A DNA stretch of 64,000 nt from Camelus dromedarius (Eukaryota): NCBI RefSeq assembly GCF_036321535.1, contig NC_087437.1, forward strand, positions 25,174,001 through 25,238,000. Direction: 5' to 3'. The first letter of the stretch is position 1. Every line of letters begins with the position of its first letter. Positions 49,403-61,911 of this stretch are shown here, in pieces. Both the position numbers and the translations under genes were made by a program. Under the pieces are notes generated by a model. That model was not told the DNA's origin. It saw only the letters and a program-made list of their open reading frames with translations, and made no database searches.

Positions 49403-51854
49403 TTAAAAGGAACTATTTTTCAAAAAGAAGTTACTTGGAATAATATTAACCAGTAGGCCATATATTCTTTTTTTAAAAAAAATACAGACATAAGAATTTA
49501 ATAAAATTGTAGAAGTATATTCTAAGTGAAAAGTATAGCTGCTTTCTGGAATAAATCAAATATTCCCCATAAAATTAGAACGTTAGCACAGAAGTAAAAT
49601 GAGTAATATGCTTAAACAGCATTTTAAGGAAATTCACCAGTGGCTAATATAATGGGCAGTTCAGTTACAAGGCATTTGCAGAACGCTATAATATTAGAGG
49701 ATTTTGTTAAGTCTAGTAAAGTCTGCAGTCACAGTGGGAAGGTGCCCTTCTCTCTGTGTGTCCATCAATGGGGCAAGGATGGATGGAGCTCTTCAGGCAA
49801 GTGTCTCTTTGGTCACTATGCTGTTTACTGTCGGTTCTCACTGTCCTGCTGCAGGACCAAGTGAACCCAGGGCCCGTATCCCCACCAGGATAGTCAGAGG
49901 TACCTTGTGGCATCATAAACCATCATCTGGTAGAACATCTGGTGCTGACTGCAGCCTAGAGAAATATACAGATGTGGTGGCCAGCAACTCACATGGCAAT
50001 TGTTTCAATTAGTTAATCACATATGGACGGAGTGCTTCGTGCTGGTTTTCAAATGCACTACTCGAACACCTATGTGCATATAAAGAGGGTAGCCTCATGC
50101 ATGCTGCGATAACCGCTGAAGCATATCAACTCTTAGTCACAGAGGAAAAGATATTATCATGTGTTATACTCATCTGATTAGTAGTACATGTCAATTACAC
50201 TGGTGTTTGGCCTTGAAAGTCAGGATGAAATTTTATGCTTGCTGTGGAGTGGCAGACATATTTTCCCTTGGGTGACCACAGGAAAAGTGCCAAGAAGTAC
50301 ATTTTGATTAGTATGCTGTGCTCATGGCCTTGCTTTCCAAGGCTTTCTTTTCTTTTAAGTGAGCTGACATATGGAAACCTTGCAAGACCCAAGATTTTGT
50401 GGAAAGTTCATTTGCTGATTCCGTGGAGGGTGATGGCAGGCATTGGAATAGGTGAAATCACACTTGAATTTTTTATTAAAATATCTTAGATAAGTGTGCT
50501 TTTGTACAACCAATATTATTATGATTGGCAGTGTATACCTTCAAAGACTTCATTGCCAGTTTAACCTTTAATTTAGGACAAAGACAAGGATATTCAATCT
50601 AAAGTAACTGACAGAGCTAAAAGAGAATTGAACGCCACAAATAATATATAAACCAATGACTTCAAGCTTACATAAAACAATGATCAAGCCTTTGCCAAAA
50701 GTAAGTTTTCTTTAGTTCTCTCTAAAATGATAGTGTCCCAGTTCCTAAGATACAGATTTGAAATCTGTTGGCCATTCATTCAACATTTATTAAATGGTCA
50801 TTACGTGCAAGGTACTGGATTCAAAGAGGGAGGAAACAACACTCAAAGGGCACACGATTCTGTGGGAGGTAAGAAGAAAATGCTTCTACCTAGAGAACTA
50901 CAGTGAAAGCTCAATTATCCCACAAAATCTAGCCTTGTGATTACTTGGCCATTTGAAACTCAGTTAAATAAATCTTTACTTCAGTTAAAAAGTTACAAAT
51001 ATACCTTTATTCACCAATCCTTTGATTTAGAACTATGGCCTTTCCTCTGAGTACAAAGTTGGTGATCAGACTGTTTTCTTTAACAACTTTAAAACACGTT
51101 CAAAGTAATTACTTGAAAAAGCTTGCAAAGAAATCTGACCACAGAATCCTTTGAGATTTTTGTAATCCCCATACTTTCAACCTCAACAAAACAATCTTGT
51201 CTTAAATATCTCTTTTTCCAAAGAAAAATTCATATCTATTAAGTCTTTTCAGAGCATTCTGATTAGTTTTCAGAAAAACAAGTGTTTTGATATGTTTTTA
51301 ATTTATATAATGTTTAATTATATTTTATAATTATTAAAAAGCACAACAGATATATACACGTTTGGAAACTAACACACATGACTCACACACTCAATTAGTA
51401 GGGGCAGAAATGCAGGTGCAGCTTGAGAGCAACCTATTAGAACACAGAGGCATTGGTTAATCTGTTTTATAGAGGGAATACAGAGCACGGGGCCAGACTG
51501 CCAGTTTGCTAAGTTACTCTCCAAGAAAACCAAGCATCAGATACAGGAGAATAATGTTTCTTTCCAACTTTATCAAAAACAAAGCATAATTTTTATATTG
51601 GTAAAAGCTAGGGATAATTTGAAAATCTCCCAGTCTTTCTGAAAAGACTGTAGAATCAGAATCAATCCTGAAGCAAATGTGTACTAGGCCATAGTGCTAA
51701 CGGCTTTGTCAAACAGGTACAAGATACAGTGTTGTACATTCGAAACAATGGAACTACTGGCATTTTCAGAGATGCTGCCAATCCAAAAGCAAGATGCAAA
51801 TTACAAGGTAACTTTACACTGGTAGAACAGTGTTCCTTTTAAGAGAATAAAATA

Positions 51855-52085
51855 TGGTTGACCCTTGAACAGCGTGAGAGTTAGGGACGCTGACCCTCCA
51901 AACAGTTGAACATCCAGTATAATGTATAGTTGGCCCTCCATATATACCGTTCCTCCACATCTGCAGGTCTGCATCCATGGAGTCAACCAACTGTGGATTG
52001 TGTAGTACCGCAGTATTTACTATTGAAAAAATTTGCTTCTAAGTAGACCCATGCTGTTCAAACGCATGTTGTTCAAAGATTAACG
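51855..52085 (-). mobile_element. MER8 (Tigger2-derived MITE)
   Basis: TIRs 'gttgacccttgaaca' and 'tgttgttcaaagattaac', flanked by TA; length about 230 bp. Confidence 0.85.
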
Positions 52086-52179
52086 TATAACATATCTGCT
52101 ATGTTAAATCTCATAGTTGGAGAGTGTTAGAATCACATAAGAAATTTTGTGACCAAGTAAATTATGCAACATTTGTTTA

Positions 52180-52308
52180 CTAAACTGTGAGTCTGTCTCT
52201 TTGTACTGGGAGCTTACAAGTCAGGATTCTGTTTCCTTCATCTTTATGTTTCTAGTACATAGACACCACGTTGCACAAAGACTCTCGAATAAAATGTCAA
52301 GATGAGTG
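52180..52308 (+). mobile_element. L2 LINE 3' end fragment
   Basis: 'aagtcaggattctgtttccttcatctttatgtttctagtac...tcgaataaaatg'. Confidence 0.6.
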
Positions 52309-53133
52309 TACTAAAGAGCGTCTCTCATGCATTCAACATGCTATTACCTCACCCTGGCTTTAATGGGGATCACAAGAGACGTTTGTCACACAGCCATAAA
52401 CAGCTTACTGTCTTGATCAAGTATCTCGGAAGAAGTTAAACAGGGATGAATCAATAGCAGGGCGCTGTTTACCACACCTATAGTGTCTGGGGGATTATCT
52501 GACTGAGATGGGTTTTTTTATAAGTAAATAGTCATCTATGGGAGTTTCACTGATACGATGTTCTGCTGTATCTTTTAAAACAAATAGGGCACAGTTATTT
52601 GGTTTATCCATAAATTACGACCTTCATTTTTCAATCATTATCATGGTGACCTGTTTCTCAATTTTCTAAGTGTTCCTCACTCCTGGTCTGCCATTTTTAA
52701 CTCCAGTAGATGAGATGGTCAGCGGTTTCGGATAAATAATACTGGTGACTCGTGCTGTTCCAGAAGTGGCCTGCCTTTTGGTACCTCATTCAGTGTAAGA
52801 TCTCTCAGGTTTTGAAAAGGAGAGTGATATCTTGGCATTATTCATTCCACCTTAACAGACTATGGTTTGACAGTGGAGAAATTTTGAATGCCCCTTCTCC
52901 CTTGGTAACTGAATGAAAGCTTATCTTAATGGAGATCTCTGCATAAGCTTTCTGGTTACCCAATTAGGCAAGTGCGGCAATCTGAATAGGGACTACTTTA
53001 TTTCACATACCCATTCCAACATCCATAAACATTTTCATCTTCAGCTCAGCTGATCATGTCCTCTTCATGGACTTACCATGTTAGATAAACAGACTGCTAG
53101 ATTTCGGATACCCTTTAATTGATATACCCTGTT

Positions 53134-53629
53134 CTATCACTCAAAGACCAATCAGGAAAAGAGAAACCATTCTAAATCTTACAAATAATTACATTAACAT
53201 TGAAGGATTGTTAATGGAGGCTGATAGCAAGCCAGAAACTAGTAACTGCAAAGAGTCACTACAATCCCTTGGGCTGGAGGGTGACGGGAAGGAATGGTGT
53301 TGCTAGAACGCCGAAGCCGACTAACAGAGGTCTGCTAGGGCTGGAAGAGGGAGGGCCTGTCTGCCAGGAGACAGAACTGGGGAGGGAGATACTTCCCAAA
53401 GGTAGAGAGAGAACTAGAGGCACAGAGAGAACTTAGCCATGGTAGGGACACCAAAGGAAGCAGAAAGAAGGCGAAAATAGCTTGACTGATCTCACCCTCA
53501 TGTGGCCAAGACTATCTTGTAAATCTTGGCACCTCAGAAGGGGCCTTGCAAATGTATTTCAAAATGGTAAAGAAAAGAAAGAAAGGGCAGGTAATGAATC
53601 TACGTATAAATAAACTGATGCCTGATACA
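53134..53629 (-). mobile_element. Old ERVL-type solo LTR (subfamily uncertain)
   Basis: 'ccaatcaggaaaagagaaacca' start motif; purine-rich body; ends 'cctgataca'. Confidence 0.6.
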
Positions 53630-54873
53630 CATGCATTTTAGCGGTTTCCCAATAAGGTGCAGAACCAAAGTGTATAATCCATGGGGTTGCAGGAAGGAAA
53701 TATGAGACCTTCTTTTATTATTTGTTTTTATCCAAGAGAAGGAAGAAATAAAACACGATTATTACTTAATATTTGTATGGACCCTGACACTGTCACTCAG
53801 TTTCTGTATCAGATGGCCATGTGCCTTTTACAGAATGTCATAAATGAGTGTGAGGCAAACACAACAGTCGGAGGAGGCTGGGGTACGAGGGCTTACCCAT
53901 TTGTCTGTTTTTGGAATCACTGCATCATTTGGCAGTGTGTTTTGCCTTAATATGTGGATTTATGAGTTATCGGAGCTCATTTTGACTACACTAACCTGCA
54001 CATGGTAGACACTAAAATTAAAAACTTGACAATACTACTAATAATACAGGCACAGACAAGCAACAGGAAACAGCAGCCCTCATCAGCCATTTTACAAGGT
54101 GAACAATGATGTTTTAATCACAATGGGTGAGAAACTGGCCCCAAACTTCAAAATTATATAAAAGACTATTTGAAATACGGATTTGCTTCAATTACTTATA
54201 AAAATGAATTTGGCCCTAAGTGCGTATAGTACTTTGCAAGTTAGCAAATTATGATATTGTAGAGGCAGAAGATCATAACCCTTGCATATTTGTTTAATAA
54301 AAATTCTAATCTCTATACTACAATATTCCTTTTTTTCTTAGAATTTTGTTCCTGATAGTCATATATATGCTTTCATACTGGCAACTAAGTCCTTACTGGA
54401 GTGAGAGATTGCTAGCCTATGTTTAATAGTGTTTCTGAAAATGATTTTTATTTCCTTGTAACAAAGTTTTACTCAGAAATTCTATTTTTTAACAATACTA
54501 CAACTTAACAGCTTTTATGATGAAACTGAAGGCTGAGACTTACTTCAGGACATTTGATTTAAAAGCAAACTCATATTTCAGAACAACTTAGAATAAAAAT
54601 TTCTGTTACTAAATAAACAAGTAGACAAATAAATAAAACCCAGACCAACCTTCCCAATAGTGGCTCTGTTTTCAGATTTACAATTTGTATTCTGTCTTAT
54701 ATCCCACCCGTTTTTTTTTTTCTCTGTTCATTTAAATACCACTTGATGTTATTTATAAGGATTTTGTGTACACATGTAGACTCCAAAGTTTAATGTTATT
54801 TCCTGTGGATTGTAACTAGCAACTTCAAGCCCAATTAATTAGCTATGTAAAGCTTCACTGGTTCTTGGGTCAC

Positions 54874-55373
54874 TGTCAGAAACAGTGAAGAGTCTGAGAT
54901 TTTTATTCTACTTGCAGTGTAAAAAGTTGGCCTGCCAGAGTTTCTCAGATGCTGGCGGTAGACTTGAGACTCTCAGCTCAGAGAGGAAGGACTTTGTCAC
55001 TTAAGGTGCAGCAGGCAAGGCAGCCGGAGCTTCCTGTTTGCATCGGTTCCCCGTCTCTCCCACAGGGGCGATGCCGAGCAGCCCAGAGAAAGGCTACATA
55101 TTCAGTGGGTTGGTATCACAGCTGAGGGAGCCCAGTCTTTTATAATGGACCATAAGCAAAACTGCCCAACCTCTGGCCTGGAGGCAGCCATTATCTTTAT
55201 TATACTGGACAGCAACAAACCTGCCTCTGTCCCAGAAACACTCTCTCTGTCTTCGAAGGGGATTCACTACACAAATAGCCTTGAAAAGATAATCCAGGTC
55301 AAAAGATAGTCAGTGCCTCTGCTCATACAATGTGCAAAACACAGGAGACCTATGGAGAGCTGTCCCCCCAACA
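54874..55373 (-). mobile_element. ERV1 solo LTR of the MER89/MER90/MER110 group
   Basis: 'gtctgagatttttattctacttgca...aagttggcctgccagagttt...gatgctggc'; TG...CA ends. Confidence 0.8.
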
Positions 55374-55704
55374 CTCAGCAGCTCAGATATGTAAGTTCCT
55401 TATTTGGGGGATGGGAAGAGCGAGGGCAAAAGGGTTATTGGATTCATTCTGTGTGTCTGATTTTGTTCAAAGGATTCTTAAAATTCAAATTCTTAGGTAT
55501 ATTATTAACTATATTTAGTGACAGTAGTGCATGCACCTAATTTAAAAATAAATATACATATATATGTTAGGGATGTATTACCCTGCCAAAAAAAATGTTA
55601 GTAATAGGAGTGTAAGATTAATGACAGTTTGAAGACATTTTTATTTTAACCAACTATTAGGTTGAAAAACAATTCAGAAGAAAATGGCTAAGAGACCCTC
55701 TGCA

Positions 55705-55890
55705 ATGAGGAGGACAGTGACACGGGGCACGTAGGCTCTGGAGTTAAGTTGATCTGATCCCATTCCCAGTCCTCCTCTGTAACAAAGGCAGGCAAACTAA
55801 TTTCTCTAGGCCTCAGTTACCTTAACTTCTGAAAAAAAAATTTTTTTTAAATAAAGAGCATCTACCACTGCTGTTAAAACAAAGTAGAAA
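55705..55890 (+). mobile_element. MIR SINE
   Basis: 'ggctctggagtta...tttctctaggcctcagtt'. Confidence 0.65.
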
Positions 55891-58519
55891 ATCAGTATTT
55901 TTAAGCAGACAACAAAACTGCCATTGTAGGTAGAAAATAAAATTATTAGAAAAAGGTTAGTTGCAATTTTAATCTTACTTTATATACCACTCATTTAATT
56001 AAAAGAAAAAGAATACAGGTCATGTACTCTGATGTCTGTGATTTCTACAAGTAGCAAAAGGGAAACTCTAAAAGTGGCAAAGGGAAAACGAAAACTTTCT
56101 GAGTTAAAGCCATGTTTCATGGCTGAATGTATGAGTATAATCAAAAATTTTAATAAATATTTAACAAACTTCTGGGTTATCAAAAATGTAATTTATAAAA
56201 GACTGAGCAGAAAGCATTGCTTCCACTTCCATTGTAGAAAAGCTTCTTTGAGAAATACTGATAAACTGTTGCCTTATCTTTCAAAACTGTCCTCGCCAGA
56301 CATTGGAATTTACATGGCATTTTTTTTTCATCCTTGATTTGTAGTTCCTAATTGTCAATCTCACGTGCCCCATATTTGTGACATCACAAATCTCCTCCCA
56401 TGGAGACAGGGGCTTGTGATGTCTTAAATGTACTGTGAGGTTTGAACATTTCAAGAATAAGTAATCATTCTTAGAGCCAATCTAAATACAAGTGAAAATA
56501 AAACATAATGTGCATAAATGAATAATTTATAGACAAAAATGAGAGACAACATGTAAAGGACAGATAACACCATCACTTTTCTGATGACTAGTGTTATTGC
56601 AGCTACTTTTATAATAACATTTCATATGAACAAGATAAAATGCATTACATATTACTGTGCACCTGTGGCCCCAATGAACATTTATTCTACTTATAAATTC
56701 TCAGTTCACTAATGTTCTTAGCACTTGGTTTTGGAAATATCAGTTATTTAGATTTCTTTTGAAAAACTTGTGCAGAAGTACTTTTTGTTTGCAATGGAAG
56801 ATATAACAAGTATTACAAATTTTGAAGTATTGAAAATTTTCTCAGTTAATATGGAGAAATCATCTTGCATCTGTTTGACAGTTCATTTTTAAGTTTTATG
56901 TTTTTAAGGTACGTATACTAGTTGTAACCAGTAAGACAGACAGTGGTTCCCTCCAACGTAGTTATTATTAAAACCACTACATGAGTCAACCTGTCAGATG
57001 GTTTGTAAAAGAACTAAAATTCTGCAAAACATTCCTTTTTGTTTGTTACATATACATATACATGTATATTTACAGTGTTCCCTTTTGATAATTATAAATA
57101 AAATGAGCCTGAGTTTAAAACGAGTTATTTGCTAAAGTGCCTTTTTTGCAAACTCGGGATTCCAGGAAGTTCTGAGGACTGAAATGTAGTCATTCATTTC
57201 GCTCCTCTTTTATTCAACCTCAGCTCTGTGTATCTGTGTACAGTCTGAAAGGCTCCAGATCTAAAGATGATCAAGATCACATGACCGAAGAATGGGCCAA
57301 TTGTATGCAGATCCAGGATCCATCAGTGGAAAGCTAATGTCCTCCTTGTTGAAAGCATATAATCATTTTGAAGCATCCTCTTTTTTTTTTTTTAAAGAGA
57401 ATGTCAAAAAAAGCAGAGTCTAATTTTATGTGCCTGGGAGTAGCTATCTAACCTTCAGGCAATACAAACGCTGCTATTACTGGGGAGCACAGCTCTGCGT
57501 AATTAACAAACATCATCAGCCTTACAGTTCCTGCAGAACGCGGTAAGTTCCTTGCCCGAAGGCTGCTCTCATCCTAGTAAGTCTGTTTACCCTGTCCAAG
57601 ATTAGATTAGTTTAATTATTATGAAAAAGACTGCTAAGATCTTACAGCCTAATTATGCAAATGTTTCTAAATGTTCACAAAAGTAATTTATTTATTTGGA
57701 GATAAATGAATCTGTTTTGTCATAAAACAGATTGCAGTCCTGGCAATGTACAAGCAGGGTTATGTAGCCTTGGGCAAATCTTTCACCACAAATATCAGTG
57801 GGATCCCTAGATTACAACATTTAAAAATACGTAAGTGTTTTTAGCAGGTTTTTATTGTTTTTGTAAATTATAGTAATCTCAGAAAGAACTATCACAGGTT
57901 TAATACTCACCAACCTTGTTATAAAAACATGGTTTCTCAGCAGAAGCATTTAAAAGATGCTAACAGCTAAAACATTCCAGGTAGACCTATTAAGGTACAC
58001 CTGTTTTATTATGCTTAGAGCAGATATCTTCACAATACTGTTGTTTTTTTCCCTCTTTCTTGTATTTATCGTAGTTTAAGTAACTCAGAAGAAAACAATG
58101 GAAACAGGCAGTAGAATATATATACATATGATATTACCTATATTCATTTGACTTGTAAAAGCAGTACTGCATTGTAAATAAGTTAAACCACTGCCTCTTT
58201 CTAAAAGTGACTTCTAACTCAGCTTTTAAATAACAATACTTTGATATACAGTTTAGTGGAAGCTTGCAAACTTGGAAACACACACTTTAATCCTACCAAA
58301 TCTCTCAATCTAATTATTTTATAATATTACCAATGTCACTAATATCCCCAGACAGTCATGTCTTAAAATAACCTAACTGAGGTCAGTTATCCAGAGCTTC
58401 AAACTTTGACATCAGAAAAGTTTTACAAATTTGCATAGGCCTAAGGATATTTAGCAATAAATTCATTCATTCATTCATTCATTCGAGGAGTGGGCCAGGT
58501 AGTTGGTAAGAGAACTGCA

Positions 58520-58712
58520 GTGCATATATGTTGTTCTTGCTTGCCTGAGTTCCCTTATTCCTTCTTCTGGAAATAGAGCCCATTTATCCTGGGGCAACCT
58601 CTTCTCTTGGTTTGACTGAGAGCAAGTGTGATTCCATCTTTCTTCCCTCCTACCACAAGAGTGATCACATGACCTAGGTCCAGCCAATCCCAAGACTTAA
58701 CTACCAGAAGCT
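58520..58712 (+). mobile_element. Old MLT1 (K/L-like) LTR fragment
   Basis: 'ccttcttctggaaatagagccc...cacatgacctaggtccagccaatc'. Confidence 0.65.
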
Positions 58713-58766
58713 ATCAGGGAATGATGATAATGATGGTGATAGAATAGTAATGAGCTGCAATATAAA

Positions 58767-58877
58767 AAGTCATCATTTATTGAGCACTTTCTATATGCTG
58801 GACATTGTGATCAGCTCCTCATATGCATAATCTCATTTAATCCTCAACTCCTCTCCACTGGGGTTGGAAAGCTATTA
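58767..58877 (-). mobile_element. MIR SINE fragment
   Basis: 'catttattgagcactttctatatgctggacattgtg...atctcatttaatcctca'. Confidence 0.85.
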
Positions 58878-59289
58878 GAGTGTGATATTTGGGGTATCAA
58901 CAGCCCCCCATACGAGAAGAGTCTGTCAAAGGGATGGAGCTGTGATAATACTCTTTGAGGACGGAGACAGCACACTCTTGGACTGGACTTGTCAGTTGAA
59001 GTTAGGAATCCTGGTGTCATTACTGTTGTGTTACAGTGACAGACTCTCAAGTGAGGGACTGACCATCAGCCAGGGTTGACCATACCATAAGGAGCCATGT
59101 CCTGACCAGAGAACAAATGCAGATAAACTAGAGATTCTTCAACTTGAAAAAAGATGCAGAACTTGAACACCAGAGAAGGGTGTATATATTTCAGAGTCTA
59201 TATGGTAGTTGCTATGTATTATGTTTTTAAAAGTATATATGTAAGAAAAAGGGTGGATGTGCATCTATGCTGGACAGTCCGCAGTGAAA

Positions 59290-59776
59290 TGTGAGGGAAT
59301 CTATTGTTATGAGGTGTCCAGCAACATTTTTCACATATTTTGGTAAACAAAATGCTGCTTTTAATGCGGAGTACTGATTCCATGTTTAGGTTCAAAAGAG
59401 ATTGTCCCATTTCCCTGCACTTGTGCACAGAGATAGGCAGGCACACAACCAGTTTAGACCAATCAGAGTCTCCACTGGGAATTCTCTGCCAGATCAAACA
59501 GGGAGGAAAGCATTTTTCATCTAAGTTGTTACCCTTGTTTGACGTGGGGCTTCCGGGTGCCTGGTGGGTGCACTGTGGCCATCCTGCCGAGTCTATGAAA
59601 GTCTGCCTGGGAGAGAAGCAGGCGGCCACAGGAAGAGTTGAGCCCCTGAGTCTAGCTATGGCTGATGATCAGCTCTCACCCTACACTCTTCAGATATTTG
59701 AGTCAGTCAATTCCCTTTTCTGCTTAAGCTAGTTGGAGTTTGATCCCTCTCATTTGCTGCCAGGGTCCTGCTGAGA
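59290..59776 (+). mobile_element. MLT1K-like MaLR solo LTR
   Basis: 'gaccaatcagagtc' ... 'attcccttttctgcttaagctagttggagtt'; accounts for the 130- and 136-aa ORFs. Confidence 0.75.
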
Positions 59777-61004
59777 AAAGAAGTTTGAAGTTCAGATGGA
59801 ATGAGCTAGAAACCAACATCAATTTTTTTTCATACATTTATGTTTGTAACCATTGTTTTAAGATTTAGTTTGTTTTTAGAGATGCGAGACATGTTCATCT
59901 CAACTAAGGGTCCTAAACACGGAGAATCAAAATTTGTCAATTTTGCTTATATCCACTAGCTTCTTTTCCTTTTGGAACCCGAGGGACATGATGAAAGGCA
60001 CCTCTCAGGGCCTTGGTCAAAGATCTGTACTTCTGGTCTTGCATTTCCTGCGTCTTCAACCACTAACGATATCGTAGATTTGAGGGGTAAATCTCAACAG
60101 CAAAAGACAATGCCTATATAAATATACCAAAGTGGTAGGGTTCTTTCAGGTAGGGTTTTATTACAGGAGAATATAGCTTATTAGAAAGAGGTGTGTTAGA
60201 AATAAAGGAGTTTGACTTCTGTGTGTGTGTTTAAATTAACTGCTATTTAAATAAGCAGGACAATGAATCTACAGGGAGATTCCAGCTGAAGTCCTCTTGT
60301 GTATTAAATGGATGGTATGAACGATGAGCTTAACAGACTCTGATATTACCATTATCTTGGTTATTGAAGCCATTAGAAGCTGTGTGCTGTCAGTTAAATG
60401 ATCGTATCTCAAGTGCACCTGCTTTATAATTATTCATTTGGAGCAAGATCATTAACATATTCCTTAAGTCATTTACAGACAATTTGACTTAACATTAACA
60501 ATTTTTGTGCTCTTTACAACAGACTAATGAGGTATATAAATATATGGGTGCACAGAAATACTATACAATTCAAACAGTTAGGCTACAAAAGATCTACAAT
60601 TTGTGTGACGTGTTTCTGTATATAAGTAAGTGGTTAAGACTCATGACCAGATATGATATTTAAGACATTTCCAAAATAATGCAAAAATAATCACAGTGGA
60701 CAAATTAATGCAGACTTCTCATTCAGTTGAGTCATCAGCAGAGTACTTCAAACAACTAGTTAAAGATATTTATTATAAAACAGTAACAGCATCTAATTAA
60801 TAGAATGTCAAGGATTAAATGAAATTACAGCTTTTAGCACATGGCATATAGTAAGCATTCAGTTAAAGACTATAATATTAATAATGATATGTTTAGTCTT
60901 ATGGGCATATAGAAATATAAAATATAATTTTGTCCTCAAAGAATTTGTAAGCCAATAGAGAAAATATAACCAAAAGAATTCAATAATATAGGTAATTTAT
61001 GTAA

Positions 61005-61298
61005 ATAGTGCCAATATGCTTACCCACTTTGTTGTTGGTTCTTATCATGTGTCATGCGTTGTACTAAATTTGTTAAGTATATTAATCAGTTTAATCTTTG
61101 GGTATATTTGGGTATATTGATCAATTTAATCTTCATTATATACTTCCAAGGTTAGTACTATTAATATCTCCAATTCACGCATAAGGAAAATGAGACACAG
61201 AGAAGTTAAGTAACTAAGTTTCAGCCACATAGCTAGGAAGCAGCAAAACCAAGGTTTGATTTGAGGCAGTTGACTCAAGCCAGTAAACGTGACCGCTG
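61005..61298 (-). mobile_element. MIR SINE with a small internal duplication
   Basis: 'ataaggaaaatgagacacagagaagttaagtaact...cacatagctagga'. Confidence 0.85.
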
Positions 61299-61329
61299 TC
61301 TCTAAGGTACAGAGGCCAACTGCCTAAGG

Positions 61330-61484
61330 CAGTGGCTTTAGGCATAAGTAAGCATCAGAATCACGGGGAGACTTGTTAAAACACAGATGGAAGAGCCGGT
61401 GAGTCTGGGTTGAGGCTAAACATTTGCATTTCTAACAGGGTCCCCGTTGATGATGGCGCGGGGACTACACTTTGAGGACCACTG
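61330..61484 (+). mobile_element. MER5A (hAT-Charlie) MITE
   Basis: cagtgg...ccactg termini; 'gcatcagaatcac' and 'tttgcatttctaaca'; 8-bp TSD gcctaagg/gcctaagt; strand uncertain. Confidence 0.9.
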
Positions 61485-61911
61485 GCCTAAGTTATATAGC
61501 AGAAGAGGAAACAGAAGCTCATCAGCAAGGGGCTCGGAACGTCCTTAGGTGCAGATTGAGCTACTGCCAGCTGGACTAATGAGCCCTTGGCTGGTACTGA
61601 GGAGTCTTCGGAAAAGTCAATCTCTCCTGCTTCTTATGCACTATAATTTTTACTTCTTTCCAGATTTTAATGCCTAGTCTAAGAGTTACAGCAAAATAAA
61701 AAGCTATGGCTATTTTGAGATGACTTCTTTGGGAAGAGATGGCGTTTGTAATTATGATTCAGGGGCACATGCTTGCAAAAATGGGTTTATGTGTAATCAC
61801 AGGACGGGATAAGGTAATCAGTACCTTAAGGTGAAATAAGGTAATCAGTAGGTTTAGTGACTGAAAGCATGAAAGCCTCTCCATGAGACCATTTCCAAGG
61901 AAGAAGTCACA

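Noticed and set aside
57224..57337. Acceptor followed by open frame LCVSVYSLKGSRSKDDQDHMTEEWANCMQIQDPSVES*
   Set aside because: No recognisable homology and no supporting upstream coding exon
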